Origin: a phage
Reading direction: 5' to 3' (one strand)
NCBI GenBank assembly: GCA_012813795.1
Contig: GCA_012813795.1_4087.1
Length of the DNA stretch: 64,000 nt
Of this stretch, positions 1-11,400 are shown piece by piece. The notes beneath the pieces are model-generated. The model was not told the DNA's origin. It searched no databases and saw only the letters and a program-made list of their open reading frames with translations. The position numbers and the translations under genes are program-made. Position 1 is the first letter of the stretch. Each line of letters starts with the position of its first letter.

Positions 1-1220
1 CAAGAATAATTGATGATGTTATCGATGCATGTACCGTTCGTGAAGGTGACAGTACTAGCGTTCGTCAATTTGTTAATATAATCCCACTTAAACAATATGT
101 TGGTTTTGATAATTTACGTAACACATCAGTATATAAAGTTATTTTTAATATTGTTCGTTTTCGTATTGGTGATGTTGTCCATGAATCCGATTTACAGCCA
201 GAAAACTTTAACTTCGAGACATTCCTAGAAAACTCTGAACGTTATCTTGACCCTAGAGATAATGAAGAAAAGTTAAGAATGAAAATATACAATTATCAAT
301 TCAGTGGATTGAATAATGAAATATTAGATTTGGATATGAATTTCGACCAACAATTTTATGTAGCTACTACACGTAACCCAGGCCCAATACAAGACCAAGG
401 TAACAGAAGTGGTACACATGCATCACAAGAATTGACCATACAAGGGGTTCAATATAGTAACCCGTTGGATGCTTGGAATAAAACTAGTGATATAAGAAAA
501 GCACGAAGTAAAGGTGAAATTATAACACAAGCCCAAACAGCTTTACTTAATGAAATAGATGAGCAATTAAAAAATGCAATGGGTGTGGGTAATCAAGCAG
601 AACAAGATGCTTATATGAATTATAAAGTTCATGTCCTTCCTGAATACATTGAAGATTATCGTAGTGTATATGAAGAAAATGATATGGGTGCTGATGGTAT
701 TGGCGACCGTAGAGGTGAAATATTCACTATACCAACTGAAGCAACAAATAACCATACAACCTTATCAGCATCTGATAACGATAATAGCAGTACATATGAA
801 ATGGACAGACGTAAAATACGCGACAACTATTATAACCGTCCATTTATGTGTAAGTTGGATATGCGTGTTATTGGTGACCCATATTGGTTGGGATGGGGTG
901 ATCATGCATATCTTCAATATTTGGATATGTTGGTGAATGGTGAAGCATTATATATAAATCCAGAGGATTTCAAATATGCAAATTATATTTCAACCGAAGC
1001 ATATTTGTTATTGAAATTGCAACCTGTAGTTTCAATTAATGATAATACTGGTATTTTGGATATAACCACACCAACTACATTCAACGAAACAATCTATCGC
1101 GTAAACAAAATAATTCATGATTTTGGTACAAACGGCACTTTCACACAACAAATTCAAGGTGCTATTGTCGCTCGTGCACTTAAACGTAAAGATAGTATAA
1201 TAAACCCAGGTGGTGAGTAA
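1..1220 (+). CDS. virion structural protein of the baseplate module, 5-prime truncated at window edge (function unassigned)
   Basis: Reading frame is open from the window start (frame 3) through 1220; ORF track shows only the first internal Met at 279. Stop TAA 1218-1220 overlaps ATG of the spike gene (TAATG). Confidence 0.5.
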   Translation, partial: RIIDDVIDACTVREGDSTSVRQFVNIIPLKQYVGFDNLRNTSVYKVIFNIVRFRIGDVVHESDLQPENFNFETFLENSERYLDPRDNEEKLRMKIYNYQFSGLNNEILDLDMNFDQQFYVATTRNPGPIQDQGNRSGTHASQELTIQGVQYSNPLDAWNKTSDIRKARSKGEIITQAQTALLNEIDEQLKNAMGVGNQAEQDAYMNYKVHVLPEYIEDYRSVYEENDMGADGIGDRRGEIFTIPTEATNNHTTLSASDNDNSSTYEMDRRKIRDNYYNRPFMCKLDMRVIGDPYWLGWGDHAYLQYLDMLVNGEALYINPEDFKYANYISTEAYLLLKLQPVVSINDNTGILDITTPTTFNETIYRVNKIIHDFGTNGTFTQQIQGAIVARALKRKDSIINPGGE

Positions 1221-3883
1221 TGGCAGATACAAGTAAAAAGTTTGCAAAGGAACAGTTGGGTCGTTTTGACCCATCTTATCCACAATTAGCAACCGTTATG
1301 GATAACCGAGATCCTACGAAATCTGGTAAGCTAAAAGTATGGATACAAGGTTCACAAAGTGATAAAAACTCTAAAGATTCATGGATTGAAGCTTCATATA
1401 TGGCCCCGTTTGCTGGTAAAACCCCAGGAATACCAAGTGCAGATAGTTATGGACAGTATCCAAAAGGTTATGGTTTTTGGGCCGTACCACCAGATGTGGG
1501 ATGTACAGTTGTTGTTATTTTTGCACAAGCACGTACATTCCAAGCTTACTGGATTGGGTGTGTTTATGACCAGCGTATGAATACGATGGTTCCTGGTATG
1601 GCAACTGCTGATACAAATTACAATGGCACAGATATGCCATTACCAGTAACTGACTATGATCGTAACACAATCACAACTGACATGCAAGACAAATATATTA
1701 ACGTTCCTGCTGTTGAAGGATTGAAAAAACAAAACTTATTATACGATGATGAAGCAGGTGTTGCAAACCGCAGCAGTACTCGTCAAACAACCAGTACTGT
1801 ATATGGTATGAGTACACCTCGTGGTAATAGTTTTATTCTTGATGATGGATATACAGAAGAAGAATTGACCAAGCCAACATGGGATCAAGACCCTGATGGA
1901 TACCAAGACACACAATTTAACAACCCAGTTAATGACACTCGTGTTGGTTCCCGAAAGAATGAAGGTATTGTTATTAAAACACGTAGTGGTGCACAACTTC
2001 TTATTTCTGAAACCACTGGTAATGTTTTATTAATTAACCGTGATGGTACGGCTCGTATTAAATTCACTGGCGATGGTGATATTGAAATGCACTGTGATAA
2101 AAACATAAACATTCGTGCAGGTCAAGATATTAACATGGTTGCAGGTCGTTCTTATAATATTGAAAGTGGGCAAGACTTCAATACTCGTGTTGGTGGAAAT
2201 ACCAAACTGGAATTGGTCGGTAATTTGGATGCTAAGGTCAATGGTCAGGTTGTAATTAATTCTGGTGCTGATCTTCGTTTGGTTACTGGTGCTTCATTAC
2301 GTCTTCAAAGTGGTAGCAGTACTGATATTACGGCTGGCTCAACAGCATCTGTTAAAGGTTCATCCTCTGCAAACGTTATTGGTGGCTCATCCGTTAACAT
2401 TAGTGGTGGTGGTCAAAACCTAACAGTTGATAGTGCTGGTAACAGTGGTAGTGCTGCATTCATGGCTCCTGATTTTAAAACACCATCAGTGGGTCTTAAT
2501 GATCACATTCATATGATTGCTAACTGGAAAGATGCAGAAAACCACGGTGATAGAGTTGATCCTGGTATAAGTGGTGGTGGTCAAGGTAGTACAACATCTC
2601 CAGTTGAGCCACAACCAGCAAATGATGTTCAACCTACACTTGCAGAGCAACAAGAAACAGACGCAATTCAATTTGTAAATTATGCCCCAGAGACAAGTGA
2701 AGTTCAAACACAAGATTTAATGGCGGCTGAACCAGGAATGACTGGTTATTCGCAGACATTTGAAGGTTTGCATATGCTTATGCCATGTAGCGGTACTATT
2801 CGCCAGAATGGTTATTGGGGTAAGGGTGTAACGACCGAGAATGGAACCAAGCGTGATAGTAGTGGATGGGAAATTCAAGCCCGTGGAAGTGTGGTTGCAC
2901 CAGATGGTGGGATTGTTGGTATCAGTGGTGATGCTCTTATTATTGAACATAAATCTGGTTATAAATCTGTTTTCTATGGTTTAACTTCTGACCTATTCAA
3001 TAAAGATGTTGTTGAAAAAGGACAAGTAATAGGAACTGCTAATGGTATATTACGATTTGAAATAAGAGTTCGCTCATCTAATATCTATGGTTTTAGTGGT
3101 TCAGTTGATCCTGGATTATTCTACACAACTGTAACTGGTCAGGGTTCTGCTGCGGCGAACAAAACATTAATTGGTGGTCAACCATCAACACAAAATAACC
3201 CTAAAGATGTGGTAAGACCATCTGCTGATAGTGATGAATTAGTAATATCAACTCGAATCCGAACAATTGGAACTGGATATTCACAACGTGGTTCACGACA
3301 TGTTCCGCGTCGTAGGGAACGTAAACCTCGAAATGCAGGAACTGCACCAAAAGCAGAACAAAATTATAACGTAGGTAATGTTGATAAAACAGCAGTTGGG
3401 TGGAAAGTTGCCCCAGGTGATTCACAGTTTGTATCTGAACTTAAAGAACATGAAGGTACGATCCAATATCAAACTGCACTTGGATATTTCAGAAATGGAA
3501 AATTCTGGCGTTATATTGATAGTCGTGGTTTTCCTACAATTGGATATGGACATCTTATTGATGGTGGTGAAGATTTCTCTGGTGGTATAACTGAAGCAGA
3601 AGCTGATGCAATGCTAGTACGAGACAGTACTCAAGCAATCAATGATGCAAAATCAATATATGCTGCATGGGATTTAAAAACACCAGTTATTGCTCAACAA
3701 GTACTATGTCAAATGGTATTCCAAATGGGCAAATACAAAGTACAAAAATTCAAGGGTATGCTTGGGTGTTTAGCTAAAGGTGATTATCGTGGTGCTGCTG
3801 CTCATATTCGAAGTTCCGCTTGGTATCGTCAAACAACTCGTCGTGCTGAGTTAATGGCACGTAGAATTGAGGCATGTCAATAA
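1220..3883 (+). CDS. baseplate central spike/hub protein (gp5/VgrG-like) with beta-helical repeats, degenerate M23-like domain and C-terminal T4-type (GH24) lysozyme domain
   Basis: 887 aa. N-terminal OB-like segment; G/S/N/V-rich beta-helix-like repeats (NINIRAGQDINMVAG...); M23-like pattern (APDGGIVG...LIIEHKSGYKSVFYGL...KGQVIGTANGILRFEI) lacking the HxH histidines; C-terminus from about 3390 matches T4 lysozyme motifs (EG...IDSRG...PTIGYGHL...MVFQMG...SAWYRQTTRRA). Confidence 0.75.
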   Translation: MADTSKKFAKEQLGRFDPSYPQLATVMDNRDPTKSGKLKVWIQGSQSDKNSKDSWIEASYMAPFAGKTPGIPSADSYGQYPKGYGFWAVPPDVGCTVVVIFAQARTFQAYWIGCVYDQRMNTMVPGMATADTNYNGTDMPLPVTDYDRNTITTDMQDKYINVPAVEGLKKQNLLYDDEAGVANRSSTRQTTSTVYGMSTPRGNSFILDDGYTEEELTKPTWDQDPDGYQDTQFNNPVNDTRVGSRKNEGIVIKTRSGAQLLISETTGNVLLINRDGTARIKFTGDGDIEMHCDKNINIRAGQDINMVAGRSYNIESGQDFNTRVGGNTKLELVGNLDAKVNGQVVINSGADLRLVTGASLRLQSGSSTDITAGSTASVKGSSSANVIGGSSVNISGGGQNLTVDSAGNSGSAAFMAPDFKTPSVGLNDHIHMIANWKDAENHGDRVDPGISGGGQGSTTSPVEPQPANDVQPTLAEQQETDAIQFVNYAPETSEVQTQDLMAAEPGMTGYSQTFEGLHMLMPCSGTIRQNGYWGKGVTTENGTKRDSSGWEIQARGSVVAPDGGIVGISGDALIIEHKSGYKSVFYGLTSDLFNKDVVEKGQVIGTANGILRFEIRVRSSNIYGFSGSVDPGLFYTTVTGQGSAAANKTLIGGQPSTQNNPKDVVRPSADSDELVISTRIRTIGTGYSQRGSRHVPRRRERKPRNAGTAPKAEQNYNVGNVDKTAVGWKVAPGDSQFVSELKEHEGTIQYQTALGYFRNGKFWRYIDSRGFPTIGYGHLIDGGEDFSGGITEAEADAMLVRDSTQAINDAKSIYAAWDLKTPVIAQQVLCQMVFQMGKYKVQKFKGMLGCLAKGDYRGAAAHIRSSAWYRQTTRRAELMARRIEACQ

Positions 3884-3917
3884 ATATTTTATCCAATAAA
3901 TATTATAGGAGAAGTAT

Positions 3918-4406
3918 ATGAGTAAATGGGAAATTAAACCTGATGATGCACAGTATTTGAAAGAAATTAAAGAGTTTGAAGGTACTATTGCTTTCCAAAC
4001 TAAATTAGGTTATTTCAAGAATGGTAAATTCAGAGTTTATAAAGATAGCCTAGGACTAGATACCATTGGTTACGGTCACTTAGTACTAAAAGGTGAAAAT
4101 TTCAGTGCAGGGCTAACTGAAGCAGAAGCAGAAGCACTACTTCAAAAAGATTCCCTAAATGCATACAGAGAAGCTAACGAGATTTATGATCAATTCGGTA
4201 TGTCTGCACCAATTCAGGTACAACGTGTACTTTGGATGATGATATTCCAAATGGGTAAATCTCGTGTATTGAACTTTAAGAAAGCGATGGCAGCATTGGG
4301 TTGTGGTGATTATAAAACCGCTGGCAAAGAAATGCGTGATTCCGCTTGGTATCGTCAAACAACTTCTCGTGCTGAAAAAATGGCAAGGATTGTTGAATCC
4401 GTATAA
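3918..4406 (+). CDS. T4-type lysozyme (glycoside hydrolase family 24), free paralog of the spike C-terminal domain
   Basis: 162 aa; EFEG...YKDSLG...DTIGYGHL catalytic Glu/Asp/Thr pattern, MIFQMG and SAWYRQTTSRA motifs; RBS AGGAGA 5-10 nt upstream; clearly alignable to residues about 725-887 of the spike protein. Confidence 0.85.
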   Translation: MSKWEIKPDDAQYLKEIKEFEGTIAFQTKLGYFKNGKFRVYKDSLGLDTIGYGHLVLKGENFSAGLTEAEAEALLQKDSLNAYREANEIYDQFGMSAPIQVQRVLWMMIFQMGKSRVLNFKKAMAALGCGDYKTAGKEMRDSAWYRQTTSRAEKMARIVESV

Positions 4407-4419
4407 ATGAGGAAAGTCT

Positions 4420-4815
4420 ATGGCAATAGTTTTTAAAGGTTTCTCTACTCCTGTTGTGGGTAAAACACAAACTCTGTATGATGCTGAGTTGGTGAGACAG
4501 GATTTGATGAACCACTTCAATACAAAGAAAGGTGAAAGAGCATTTGATGCTGATTATGGTTTCATTGCTTGGGATTTGATTTTTGAACTTGATGGTTATA
4601 ATACAAAAAATCTTTTAGAAGCTGACGCTCGTAGAATTATTTCATTAGACCCACGTTTGAATTTAAAAAATCTAACAGTTAGTAATGTTGAATATGGTTA
4701 TCGTTTGGACATAATTTTAGAGTATGTAATGCTTGATAAATTAGAACAACTTACTATAGTATTCGATGCCAGAAGTAATAATAGGATGGCAACGTTTACA
4801 ACATCTAAATTATAA
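4420..4815 (+). CDS. baseplate wedge protein, gp25/GPW-like
   Basis: 131 aa; size and pattern (KGERAFDADYGF...DLIFE) resemble T4 gp25 / P2 W family as recalled; sits between spike-lysozyme and gp6-like genes as in other contractile tails. Confidence 0.65.
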   Translation: MAIVFKGFSTPVVGKTQTLYDAELVRQDLMNHFNTKKGERAFDADYGFIAWDLIFELDGYNTKNLLEADARRIISLDPRLNLKNLTVSNVEYGYRLDIILEYVMLDKLEQLTIVFDARSNNRMATFTTSKL

Positions 4816-4822
4816 TTTACTA

Positions 4823-4848
4823 AGCACTCTTCGGAGTGCTTTTCTTTT
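4823..4848 (+). terminator. rho-independent terminator
   Basis: Hairpin AGCACTC-TTCG-GAGTGCT followed by TTTTCTTTT. Confidence 0.7.
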
Positions 4849-4849
4849 G

Positions 4850-4857
4850 GATAAATA
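4850..4857 (+). promoter_or_regulatory. late-promoter-like box GATAAATA (T4-type TATAAATA-like)
   Basis: Directly after the terminator hairpin and about 55 nt upstream of the gp6-like gene; similar ATAAATA boxes recur upstream of most structural genes. Confidence 0.4.
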
Positions 4858-4914
4858 TTTCTATATAAAATTTCAGTACTGACCCAGTACTTTATTGGCT
4901 TAAAGGATTAATAA

Positions 4915-7900
4915 ATGTCACAACAAAAAAGACAATCTAATTTATACGCGGGGGAAGACTGGACCCAGGTATATGAAAGTTTCTATAAAATCAATCTGAC
5001 AGCTTATGACTTCGACACTATACGTCAAAGTATGATTGATTATTTGCGTCAAACATATCCTGATTCATTCAATGACTGGATTGAGAATGACCAGTTTATC
5101 TTCATTTTAGATACTATTGCAATGCTAGGACAAAACTTAGCGTTTCGTATGGATTTAAACACGCGTGAAAACTTCCTAGATACTGCTAGTCGTCGTGCAT
5201 CTGTGCTTAAATTAGCTAAAATGATCTCCTATTCACCTCGTCGTGCATATCCAGGGCGAGCAACAGCAAAACTAACTGAAATTAAAACGAACCAAGACGT
5301 TCGCAACAGCTATAACGAATCACTTAAAGATAAAATTATCCGTTGGAATGACCCAATGGACTCTAACTGGTATGAGAACTTTATTCTGGTAATGAATAGT
5401 GCATTTGTCAGTACTAACCAGTTTGGTAACCCAGTAAAACGTTTGGATATTAATGGTGTATCTCGTCATTTATATAGAATGAACACTTTACCTATGTCTG
5501 CACCTAATTTACCATTCACGGCTACTGTAAATGGTGAATCCATGACATTTGAGGTCGTAAACCCTGATATTAACGTTATTGGTGTTGATGAAAGACACCC
5601 TGAGCCACAAGAACAGAAATATATTGTGTATCAGAATGATGGTAATGGTTTTAGTTCACCTAATACCGGATTCTTTGTTTATTTTATTCAAGGAACATTG
5701 CAATATCAGGATTTCCAGTACGATGTTAGACAAGAAAACCGTATTCAGGATATTAACGTAGATAATATTAACGAAACTGACGTATGGGTACAGGAAATCA
5801 CAGAAGATGGCATAGTTCGCACTAAATGGACTAAGGTTCCATCAATGGAAAGTATTGCATATAACACAGTAACACGTCAACTTAAAACAATTTATGCTGT
5901 AACTACCCGTGACCGTGACCAAATCAGTATTAAGTTCCCTGATTCACGTAGTGGTGTTGTTCCGCGTGGAACATATCGTGTTTGGTATCGTGTAAGTAAT
6001 GGTGAAACATACAATATCAAAACTGCTGACATTCAAAACAAAAGTGTTAAGTACATTTACAGAACTAAATCACAATCTAACTATGAAAATAGTACATTAG
6101 ATATTAAATTTAGTTTACAATTTGAATCCGACCGTGCACAAAGTGCCGAAACCCTTGAACAAATAAAAGCTCGTGCACCACAAATGTATTATACTCAAAA
6201 CCGTTTTGTGAATGGTGAAGATTATAACATTGCACCATTGAGTCAAGGCAACGCAGTACTGAAATCTAAGGCGATTAACAGGATTTATAGTGGACAATCA
6301 AGATTTATTGATATAAATGACCCAACAGGTAAGTATCAGAACACCGATGTGTTTAGTGATGATGGTGCAATGTACAAAAATGTCACCAAATACAATAAAT
6401 CTGTAAATTTACCAAGTACTAAATCTAATTCTAGTATTGTTATTGATGATATTCAACCATTAATTGGTGAAAATGCTGTTATTCAGAAGTATCAAGCATA
6501 TCCACAGAATACAGTACGTGTTGAATTACAACAAAACTGGGTTCCATCATATAGTTCAAGCTATGCAACTAACACTTATGGTCGTATTGTTGGGGCAACT
6601 GGTACAATTTATGGTGATTATAAAGTTGGTACATTGATTAAATTTGGTAGTAGCTCAAATAATATCGTATGGGCTAGTATTGTTAATGTGTTACCAAACG
6701 GTTTTTATGTTCTAAGTACACCAATTTCTTCCTCAATGCAGATCCAAGAGTATATTAGTCCATATAGAACTCGTTTCAACACTGTTGAAGTTCAAAATAT
6801 AGCTGCAATGTTAGATAAGAAAACAAACTTCATTCTAATTTATGATATTGTATCCACTGCATGGGTTCCTTTGGAGATTACAACTACTAGTGATACTATA
6901 ACATACAATGGTTCGTTGGTGCAGGTGATGGTTAACATCCAATATACTGCTGAAACATGGGAATTTGATTCCAACGGTGTTGAATATGTCTTTGTTGGTG
7001 GTGAAAAAGTTCGTTTTTACTTTGTAAGCTCTAAGAAAATCACTGATATTAGTTCTGGTTCAGTGCAAAGTGATAAAATTGAGATTCTTTCATCGAACTC
7101 TACTAGTACTAGTAACGTAGGTCTAACCAATAACATTGATTTCCAGATTCTGGATACAATAAAACAAGAAAATGGTTATTTGGATGGTTCCAGAGTTGTA
7201 ATTACATCTGAAAGTATGGATAGTAATGGTATTCCATTAAATCCTAACCAATTTCAATCTATCGTCCCTGATTGGACTGGTGAAGATTCTAGAAAGTATG
7301 GTGGTATCTTGGTATTCCAACAAAATGAAGATTTCACTATTTCTTCATTGCCATTACCAAATTCATCCTTCACTATAATGGATTCAACATGGAATTATAC
7401 AATGGATCAGGCATTAGCTGAAACTAATGCGTATAAGAGACAGGAATTCATTCGTAATAATGAAATTCGTTCAACTACATTGAGTGAAGTATATAGTAAA
7501 GGTACGGGTTTTATTATTGCATTCCAATACGAAGGACAATATTACTTCATAGAACAAACCGTTGGTAATAACAATGACCGTTTGGGTGTTCTAATTCAGA
7601 ATATGACTGAAGTTACTGATCCAAGTGCTGCTACACCAGAAACTGCATTCTATCGTTGTATTAAAAACATGGGTACAAGTGTTGACACTAATAAAAAGCT
7701 TAATTATTATGGTTATAAGGATATTACATCTGAACTTACTATAAAAACTAATGCTAGAACGTCCATTAACTTTCACTGGAAACACTATGCACCAGATGAT
7801 AACCGAATCGACCCAAGCAGAACCAACTTAATTGATATGTATGTTTTAACAAACTCATATAAGACTGAAGTTGATATTTGGTTGAAGAATGGTGCTAAGG

Positions 7901-8379
7901 GTGATATGCCGAAACCACCAACCTCTGTTGAATTACAAGATATCTTCAAAGATGTTGAGAAGAAAACAGTAATTAGTGATAGTTTGATATGGCATAGTGC
8001 TGAATACTTACCATTGTTTGGTAATAGTGCTGCACCGGATTATAAAGCTGATTTCAAAGTAGTGAAATTACCGAATAGTACAATGAGTGATGACGAAATT
8101 CGACAAAGTATAGTTTCATTAACTAACCAGTACTTTGCAGTTGAGAACTGGGATTTTGGAGAAAGCTTTTATTATACTGATTTGTGTACATACCTTCATA
8201 CACAACTTGGTAGACATATTAGTACTGTCGTAATTGTAGCTCAAAATCCTAATTCTAAGTTTGGTTCATTGTTCGAGATACCTTCTAGACCTGACCAAAT
8301 ATTCATTAGTACTGCAACAGTTGATAACGTACAAATCGTTAACTCTCTTGCGAAAAGTAATATTAATATTGGTTTTTAA
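4915..8379 (+). CDS. baseplate wedge protein, gp6 / Baseplate_J-like (extended, 1154 aa)
   Basis: N-terminal 120 aa follow the gp6/J-family pattern as recalled from T4 gp6 (YDFDTIRQSMIDYL...FILDTIAMLGQNLAFRMDLNTRENFLDTA); RBS AAAGGA upstream; follows the gp25-like gene. Confidence 0.55.
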   Translation: MSQQKRQSNLYAGEDWTQVYESFYKINLTAYDFDTIRQSMIDYLRQTYPDSFNDWIENDQFIFILDTIAMLGQNLAFRMDLNTRENFLDTASRRASVLKLAKMISYSPRRAYPGRATAKLTEIKTNQDVRNSYNESLKDKIIRWNDPMDSNWYENFILVMNSAFVSTNQFGNPVKRLDINGVSRHLYRMNTLPMSAPNLPFTATVNGESMTFEVVNPDINVIGVDERHPEPQEQKYIVYQNDGNGFSSPNTGFFVYFIQGTLQYQDFQYDVRQENRIQDINVDNINETDVWVQEITEDGIVRTKWTKVPSMESIAYNTVTRQLKTIYAVTTRDRDQISIKFPDSRSGVVPRGTYRVWYRVSNGETYNIKTADIQNKSVKYIYRTKSQSNYENSTLDIKFSLQFESDRAQSAETLEQIKARAPQMYYTQNRFVNGEDYNIAPLSQGNAVLKSKAINRIYSGQSRFIDINDPTGKYQNTDVFSDDGAMYKNVTKYNKSVNLPSTKSNSSIVIDDIQPLIGENAVIQKYQAYPQNTVRVELQQNWVPSYSSSYATNTYGRIVGATGTIYGDYKVGTLIKFGSSSNNIVWASIVNVLPNGFYVLSTPISSSMQIQEYISPYRTRFNTVEVQNIAAMLDKKTNFILIYDIVSTAWVPLEITTTSDTITYNGSLVQVMVNIQYTAETWEFDSNGVEYVFVGGEKVRFYFVSSKKITDISSGSVQSDKIEILSSNSTSTSNVGLTNNIDFQILDTIKQENGYLDGSRVVITSESMDSNGIPLNPNQFQSIVPDWTGEDSRKYGGILVFQQNEDFTISSLPLPNSSFTIMDSTWNYTMDQALAETNAYKRQEFIRNNEIRSTTLSEVYSKGTGFIIAFQYEGQYYFIEQTVGNNNDRLGVLIQNMTEVTDPSAATPETAFYRCIKNMGTSVDTNKKLNYYGYKDITSELTIKTNARTSINFHWKHYAPDDNRIDPSRTNLIDMYVLTNSYKTEVDIWLKNGAKGDMPKPPTSVELQDIFKDVEKKTVISDSLIWHSAEYLPLFGNSAAPDYKADFKVVKLPNSTMSDDEIRQSIVSLTNQYFAVENWDFGESFYYTDLCTYLHTQLGRHISTVVIVAQNPNSKFGSLFEIPSRPDQIFISTATVDNVQIVNSLAKSNINIGF

Positions 8380-8388
8380 TAAAATCGT

Positions 8389-8412
8389 GGCGGCCTTCGG
8401 GTCGCCTTTTTT
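8389..8412 (+). terminator. rho-independent terminator
   Basis: Hairpin GGCGGCC-TTCG-GGTCGCC followed by TTTTTT, after the gp6-like gene. Confidence 0.65.
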
Positions 8413-8460
8413 ATAGCATAAATAAATCAAATGAATGAACGAATTTATGGAGTCCTATAC

Positions 8461-11400
8461 ATGACTAATAATTTTAAGTTTCTACCAACTAAAACGGCAG
8501 AAGCAGTACAACAGAAGCTTTTCATTAAAAGATTACCTGAATGGATGCAAGGCTTAGAAGACATTCAAAAGGTTAGTGATGATGTAATTCAACAATGGTT
8601 CAATCCAGCGGATAATGAAATCGTTGATGGATATATTGGTGATATGGGTTCTCCTGCTGCATCTGCTAAGATTTTCCTTGACGAATCAACCGTTGAACGT
8701 CAGCTATATCAATTATCAACAGCATATGTGTCTCGTAATGATGACACAAGCATTCGTTCGCTTCAATTTTATGATGATTTGGTTGGCTACATGGAACACT
8801 ATGGCACGTTAACTTCAAACGAGAGCCGTCTATTTTCTGGTAAGTTCTATTCTTGGACACCACCAATTAACCCAAACAAAATGACCAACTATAGTTCTTA
8901 TTTGTGGGATAGTAAAAATAGTTTTGGTATCACATCACCTGACTTTATTGTTATGGAACGTGGTGCTGATAACGGTAACACTTGGTCACTACAGAACTTT
9001 TGGTATACTATTGGACAAACCCTAGAAGATGGTACAGTACTAACTGCTGACATGACGCAGGATACTCGTTTTATTCGTGCACAAGCACCAATCATCGAAT
9101 ATAATAAAAACATCGAATTAATCAACTACGGAACAAATTTCCGTGGTATTGTTGACCTATTCTCTGATACAGTTAAACCAGAAGATATCGTTCAAAAGGA
9201 CGTTAACGATGGTATTCGTATCGATGGTATCATTCCACAAGATGGTATGCGTATTCTATTCACCAGTATCGGTAACGTTGGTGAAAACAACCGCATTTAT
9301 AAAGTTTTTATAAAGAAAATGCAAGATGGTTCTCGTACCTATGGTTTGGCACTAGATCCTGACGAGGAATCAGAAGAACGCCCAAGTGGTGAACCCCATA
9401 ACGGTGATGTAATTTTGGTGCGTGATGGTAATGTATATAAAAATACATCCATGTACTGGAATGGTGTTGATTGGGTTAGAGCACAAACCAAATCTGGTAT
9501 CAACGTGTTCCCACAATTCCAATTGTATGACCGTGATGGTTTCAAATTAAACGACACTACTATGTATCCATCAAGTAATTTCGTTGGATCATCACTATTT
9601 GGTTTCAAAATTAACTATAATTATGGCACTGATAAAGTATACGGTTATAATATTGAATTAGGTAATTATAATTACTACATGTACGAAAACTTTCTTCAAA
9701 GTGTTCGTTATACATATGATCATTTGGGTGTTGAAACAGAAATTTCTGGATTATATTACTATAATGTAGTTGGTAAAGATAATGAACTTCACCTTAAGAC
9801 CGATTGGGTTCGCTCAAAGGAAGATTCAAAACAATTTGTTAAACAAACACCACAAATCGAACATACTGATATGTATCGTGTATTCAATACTGTATTTGAA
9901 ATGGAAAACTTCAAAACTCCATTAGAAGGTATGTATGCATATGTCATTGAAGTTGATCGTACCTATCAATATTACAAAGAAGAACGTCAAACCTATATGG
10001 ATTGGCATGTAATTAGTGGTGAAGGTATTCAAAGTGAACGTTTCAATCGCACATTTGAATTAGCCCAGAAAATTATTGATGGTAAGAGTACTGAAATCAT
10101 TGAAATTCAAGTTGATGGTGTGGATGTAACCGATTATACACGTCATGTATATAATAACAAGGTTCAAAGCATCACTTTAGGGGAAGACGTTACTCTTAAA
10201 GATGAATCAGTAATTCAAATTAGAACATATAGCAGTACGGAAGTACCAAATAAAGAGTTGGGTGCATATGAAATCCCAATTAACTTACAAAATAACCCAT
10301 ACAACGATAATATTCTTTATATCAACCAAAGTAATTTTACATTACATTTTAAAGATATCATTCAAAAGAATATTACCAGTGGTTCAGTTGATGATTTCAA
10401 TGACTACGAAGAGCGTTTGTCTAAAGGTTTAGTAGATAACTCTGTAGGTACTAAGATTATCCAAAACGAAGCATCTATGCTACCGTTAATGGCACATTCT
10501 GCAAATGAAGACATTGACCTATTTGAATCTGTATTGTTTATGCAATCAGAGTACTTTCGTTTTGTAAACAAGTTCAATACACAAATGATTCGTTTGTATA
10601 ATGAGAACCCAGCAAACTTCTTAGCTAATAATGCTTCTAATATTGTTGATGAAATTCTAACAATTATTAATATGGGTCATGATAATACATTCCCATTCTA
10701 TTATGACAACGTGGCAAGTACTTCTGGTTTCATTCGTGCTTTTGTACCACCAACTCCACAGTTCTTAGGTATTTTAAAAGCTCACGTTCCAGAAAAAGCA
10801 ACATTTTTGAATGCTGGTAGTAAGCAAAGCTGCTATAACATCAGCCATACTGGTGCAATCACCAAAGCATACCGTGTAATTAACGGTGTTGATAAAATGG
10901 ATGACGTTATATATGAATTAGAAAATCGAATCTTCAATAGTATTGATGTTATTTTCAAAGATGAAGATTACCAACCTAAGCTAGATGCTTCTGACCTTTT
11001 CCCTACTCCGTATTTTAGAGATACAGAGTATAATGATGAAGAGAAGAAGAACTTACTACTACGTGGTTACATTAACTTCATCGCAACCAATGGTATCAGT
11101 AACAGTTCGCATGATTATGATCCAAATAACTGGATGACTTGGAATTATACTGGAACTTATTACATTGTTAATGGTCAACAAACACAAATACCAGCACGTG
11201 GTTCATGGCGAGCAATCTACACTGACCAATTTGGTACATATCGCCCAGCAACCCATCCGTGGGAAATGTTTGGATTCTCCCAACGTCCGGTTTGGTGGAA
11301 CCAAGAGTACGAACCAACAGCAGTTCAAGTTGGTGAACGCGACAGTGATGTTGTTTATGTATATGAGGCATTGGTTCTCAACGAACAAGGTAACATGGTC

